From NCBI GenBank assembly GCA_019057675.1, contig JAHLWX010000003.1, positions 1 through 48,677 on the forward strand: a DNA stretch of 48,677 bases, written 5' to 3'. The notes beneath the pieces are model-generated. The model saw only the letters and a program-made list of their open reading frames with translations. It did no database searches and had not been told where the DNA came from. This document shows, piece after piece, positions 45,788 through 48,677 of the stretch. Positions within the stretch are counted from its first letter, which is position 1; each line of letters opens with the position of its first letter. The stretch is from Candidatus Jordarchaeum sp. LHC_1308 (GTDB lineage: Archaea > Asgardarchaeota > Jordiarchaeia > Jordiarchaeales > Freyrarchaeaceae). A program made the position numbers and the translations under genes.

Positions 45788-46957
45788 TTACTTTTCACAC
45801 ACAAATATTTTAACGTTCAAGTTGCCATATTTGACTGGTCTTTCGTGAGTTATGGGGAGATTTTCTTTTTCCGACAGCGATTTAACAAGTTTGGTGTGTG
45901 GAGTGATTATGCATAGTTTTCCATTACTTGTTAGTAGATGACGGGCAACCTTAAAAAGTGAACAGTAAACCGTGGTCACGTTTTTAGGATGACCAACCCT
46001 TAATCCAAAAGGAGGATTTGACACTATAAGGTCGAAGCTTCCTTGCTGGTCTTTCATGTACTCCTCGAGCTTTTTCGCTTTAAAATTTATAGTATCATCT
46101 ACCATGATTATCTTTGCATGTCTCATTGCGCTTTCTATGTATTTCTTTTTAATATCGCTTCCAGTTATCGGCTGTTTCTCGTGATGCTTTATCTTGATGT
46201 CTAATTCGCTAAAAACATGCTCGGGATTTAATTCAGGAAAAGGAGGGCGTCTGACAACTTGAAGGGTCTTTTTCCTTAAATATGCCGCTGGAATATTTCT
46301 GGCCATGCAAGCGGCTTCGATGCATATCGTCCCTAAACCACACAGAGGGTCTAAAAGATTTTTTGCCCCATTCCAACCGACGAGTTTTAGCATAGATGCA
46401 GCTAAGATAGGGCTCAAGGGAGCAGGATGAACGGCCTCGGTTCTGTAACCTCGTCTTTCAAGAGAAATATCCCCCGTCAGGTCGAGGGCAAAGTAGAAGC
46501 GGTCATGCAACACGTAGCTTCTGAAGATCACGTCTGGTTCACTTAAGTTAACTCTTTGCCTGTAATTCTTCTCCTTGAGAATGCGTTCTATTACAGCTTG
46601 TCCGACAACGCGAGCTACATCTATTGAGGTATACTCATGCGTCCCAACCCTTTTGCTTCTAACAGCGAAAGAGTCGTTAGCAGTTAGAAAATAAGTGAAG
46701 TTCGACGAGTATACAGCTTCGTATATCGTTTTTAGGTCTTCTTGTGCGCCGTTAAGGCTGGCTTCCGATAATTTAAGCGTAACTCGTTTAACTAAACGCG
46801 CAAGGTAAAGCAACTTTACTGCATCTTCCATCTTATCAATGTTGATAGCGATTCTTCCGGGGCCATCTATCCATGCTTTTTTATGAATTATTTCTTGTGC
46901 TTCTTTAGCAGCGAGGTTCTCTATTCCTGCTACTGTAGTTGCAAAAACAGTGAACAA
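45788..46957 (-). CDS. THUMP-domain RNA (guanine-N2) methyltransferase (Trm14/RlmL-like)
   Basis: The N-terminal region is ferredoxin-like plus THUMP. Motif I is DPLCGLGTICIEAA and motif IV is VSNPPFGLRVG. Confidence 0.7.
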   Translation of the reverse strand: MFTVFATTVAGIENLAAKEAQEIIHKKAWIDGPGRIAINIDKMEDAVKLLYLARLVKRVTLKLSEASLNGAQEDLKTIYEAVYSSNFTYFLTANDSFAVRSKRVGTHEYTSIDVARVVGQAVIERILKEKNYRQRVNLSEPDVIFRSYVLHDRFYFALDLTGDISLERRGYRTEAVHPAPLSPILAASMLKLVGWNGAKNLLDPLCGLGTICIEAACMARNIPAAYLRKKTLQVVRRPPFPELNPEHVFSELDIKIKHHEKQPITGSDIKKKYIESAMRHAKIIMVDDTINFKAKKLEEYMKDQQGSFDLIVSNPPFGLRVGHPKNVTTVYCSLFKVARHLLTSNGKLCIITPHTKLVKSLSEKENLPITHERPVKYGNLNVKIFVCEK

Positions 46958-46963
46958 GCTTGA

Positions 46964-47689
46964 TCACTTTTCTGCTTGTGGTTGAACGTAAAGACTATCT
47001 TTAATTTTTCTCAATACACCTAGAAGTGTGTAAATCTCTCTTCCGCTAATCCAAGCTCTCGAGATTATATTTTTAAACGCTTTTTCTACCAGTGGGATCT
47101 TTTCCTGTCGGTATCCCAGCATCTGGACAATTTCTCTGAAGAACTTAAGAGCTTGCTCTCGCTCTACCCTGCCCGCTGCCCTAGCCTTAATTCTTCTTTT
47201 GTTGTCAGTTGACAAGGTTTTGAATAACTCATACAAAATTATCGCCACAGCATGAGATAAGTTAAGGGTCGGGTACGTGTTTGAGGTAGGAATTGTAACG
47301 ACAATGTCCGCCAGTCTTATTTCTTCGTTCGTCAGCCCAATGCTTTCTCTTCCAAATAAAATGGCTACCCGTCCATTGATACTTTTCATGCTTTCAGCAA
47401 GTACTTGAGGAGTGATAGCGGTTCTGAAAACATGGTATTGATCTCCGAGCTTAGCTGTGGTCGCTATGATGCAATCAACGTCAGATAACGCCTCTTCGAG
47501 GCTACTTACTATGCGAGCCTTTTCAAGAATATCTTTTCCATGCTTAGCCAGTGCATATGCTTCATCCATCGAGGAAAACTTTGGGTTTACAATGACAAGT
47601 TCTCCCATAAAGTTTTTAATCAACCTAGCTGTTGCTCCGACGTTACCGGGGTGTTCTGGCTCAACAAGAACCACTAAAATTTCGCACAT
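46964..47689 (-). CDS. trmJ: SPOUT-class (SpoU/TrmH family) RNA 2'-O-methyltransferase, TrmJ-like
   Basis: The sequence VVLVEPEHPGNVGATARLIKNF...ILFGRESIGLTNEE...IPTSNTYPTLNLSHAVAIILYE is typical of the family. Confidence 0.7.
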   Translation of the reverse strand: MCEILVVLVEPEHPGNVGATARLIKNFMGELVIVNPKFSSMDEAYALAKHGKDILEKARIVSSLEEALSDVDCIIATTAKLGDQYHVFRTAITPQVLAESMKSINGRVAILFGRESIGLTNEEIRLADIVVTIPTSNTYPTLNLSHAVAIILYELFKTLSTDNKRRIKARAAGRVEREQALKFFREIVQMLGYRQEKIPLVEKAFKNIISRAWISGREIYTLLGVLRKIKDSLYVQPQAEK

Positions 47690-47706
47690 TGCTCATTCAA
47701 CCCCAG

Positions 47707-48677
47707 TTATGAAATGTATATCTGTATGGTGTCACCGTCCATCAAGATGTGATCTAAGCCTACTTTCTCGCCGTCGTACTTTGCTGAAGGACCGTACACT
47801 TTGGCGTAACTGAATTTCTTGAGCAAAGAGGGACGCATATGTTTAACTGCATCACGAACAGTTGCACCTTTCTTTAAGACGATGGGTTTGTCTGATCTTG
47901 GTTCTCCAGGTTCCTTGGTGTAAACGCGTATTATATTCAGAGAGGAAAAGAGAGCACTGCCTAGCTCCTTCAACCCCTTACCAGTGAGGGATGAAACCGG
48001 GTGTATTTGAAAGCTTGACCCACAATATTCATTCAGTATATTAAAGTTCCTAGCACTTCCTGGGGCGTCTCCCTTGTTGGCGACTATTAGTGCAGGCCTG
48101 AAGGAGGCAGATTCATCCATTGCCAATTTCACATCCTCGATGGTTACAGGTTCTTTTATTTGGACTAATGCATTAACTATCCTTTTGGAAGCTAGAAAGT
48201 CCAGTAGATCCTTCATGTTGCCTTTAAACAGTGATGATCCTATTATTTGGATTCCGCCCTCACCTGTTTTCTTGATTTGAACCTTTGGACGCTGTTTGTT
48301 TAAGTAAATCTTCTGTTTTTCAAGTTCCCTTAATATTACGGAAACTTGGAAAATAGGATCCATGCTCAAATCGATAACTAGGGCGATTACATCGGCGTTT
48401 CTGATCAGTGAAAAAATTCTTGGACCATTGGCGCTTTCAGCGCACCCGTCGAAGAGGGGAGGTGCTTCCACGATCTGTAGCATGGCCCCGCCAAAGTTGA
48501 GGATTCCAACTTCAGGGGATGTAGTTGTGAATGGATAGGTGCCAACCTTAGCGTCTGCGCCCGTGAGGCGGTTTAGGAGGAGGCTTTTCCCACTGTTTGT
48601 TAACCCGACAAGAACCACTTGTCCACTGCCCTCTTTCTTAACGTTGAAGGAGGGGACGCTTCTAGCTTTGTAAGCTT
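47707..48677 (-). CDS. Developmentally regulated GTP-binding protein (DRG/Obg-like GTPase with C-terminal TGS domain), 5' end outside the window
   Basis: G1 is GLTNSGKS and G2 is YPFTT. The TGS-like C-terminus is DGDTIQIY. The frame stays open upstream of the track start through nt 48677 (...AYKARSVPSFNVKKEGSGQVVLVG). Confidence 0.85.
   Translation of the reverse strand, partial: AYKARSVPSFNVKKEGSGQVVLVGLTNSGKSLLLNRLTGADAKVGTYPFTTTSPEVGILNFGGAMLQIVEAPPLFDGCAESANGPRIFSLIRNADVIALVIDLSMDPIFQVSVILRELEKQKIYLNKQRPKVQIKKTGEGGIQIIGSSLFKGNMKDLLDFLASKRIVNALVQIKEPVTIEDVKLAMDESASFRPALIVANKGDAPGSARNFNILNEYCGSSFQIHPVSSLTGKGLKELGSALFSSLNIIRVYTKEPGEPRSDKPIVLKKGATVRDAVKHMRPSLLKKFSYAKVYGPSAKYDGEKVGLDHILMDGDTIQIYIS

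Noticed and set aside
1-48677. A search by eye for tRNA or rRNA genes, CRISPR repeats, IS elements or transposases, integrases and prophage genes
   Set aside because: I found none. The intergenic regions are short and AT-rich, with no cloverleaf-like GC-rich segments and no regularly spaced repeats. The only repeats seen are the three small ones listed as features. A tRNAscan or covariance-model scan would be needed to be certain.

Overview
Archaeal chromosomal window of about 43% GC. It is dominated by the conserved archaeal information-processing superoperons. One runs rpl22 to rpl15, then secY, adk, cmk and cbf5. The other (minus strand) runs aIF2-gamma, PIN, rpoE', spt4, DPCK, S24e, S27ae, kae1 and bud32. 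Flanking genes are ftsZ (partial), a CooC-type ATPase, a pterin/methanopterin-type biosynthesis neighbourhood (mptD, mptE, a PurM-like gene, DUF447), radA, aglB, a RecJ-like nuclease, aroD, RNA methyltransferases and a DRG GTPase (partial). The gene content (FtsZ, CooC, eL14/eL34/eS27ae-type r-proteins) fits a TACK/Thermoproteota-like archaeon. I cannot assign the lineage from the sequence alone. I found no rRNA, tRNA, CRISPR array, transposase or integrase. Main result: five protein-coding genes are each interrupted by a very short insert of 13-35 nt. The genes are cbf5, rpl44e, kae1, aIF2-gamma and aEF1-alpha. Each insert folds into a bulge-helix-bulge (BHB) motif, the substrate of the archaeal tRNA-splicing endonuclease. 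Applying the canonical cleavage rule removes exactly the segment needed to restore the reading frame and a universally conserved motif in every case. mRNA splicing of cbf5 has precedent in Crenarchaeota. To my knowledge the other four intron hosts are not established, and five such introns within 16 kb looks exceptional. Secondary observations: rpl6 is inverted inside the spc-type cluster and sits next to an unknown coiled-coil gene. A dCTP-deaminase-like gene carries a perfect 3 x 15-nt in-frame repeat and is translationally coupled to an unknown 377-aa protein. There is a methyltransferase/ATP-grasp fusion protein. SecY and eL32 carry lineage-specific insertions or extensions.
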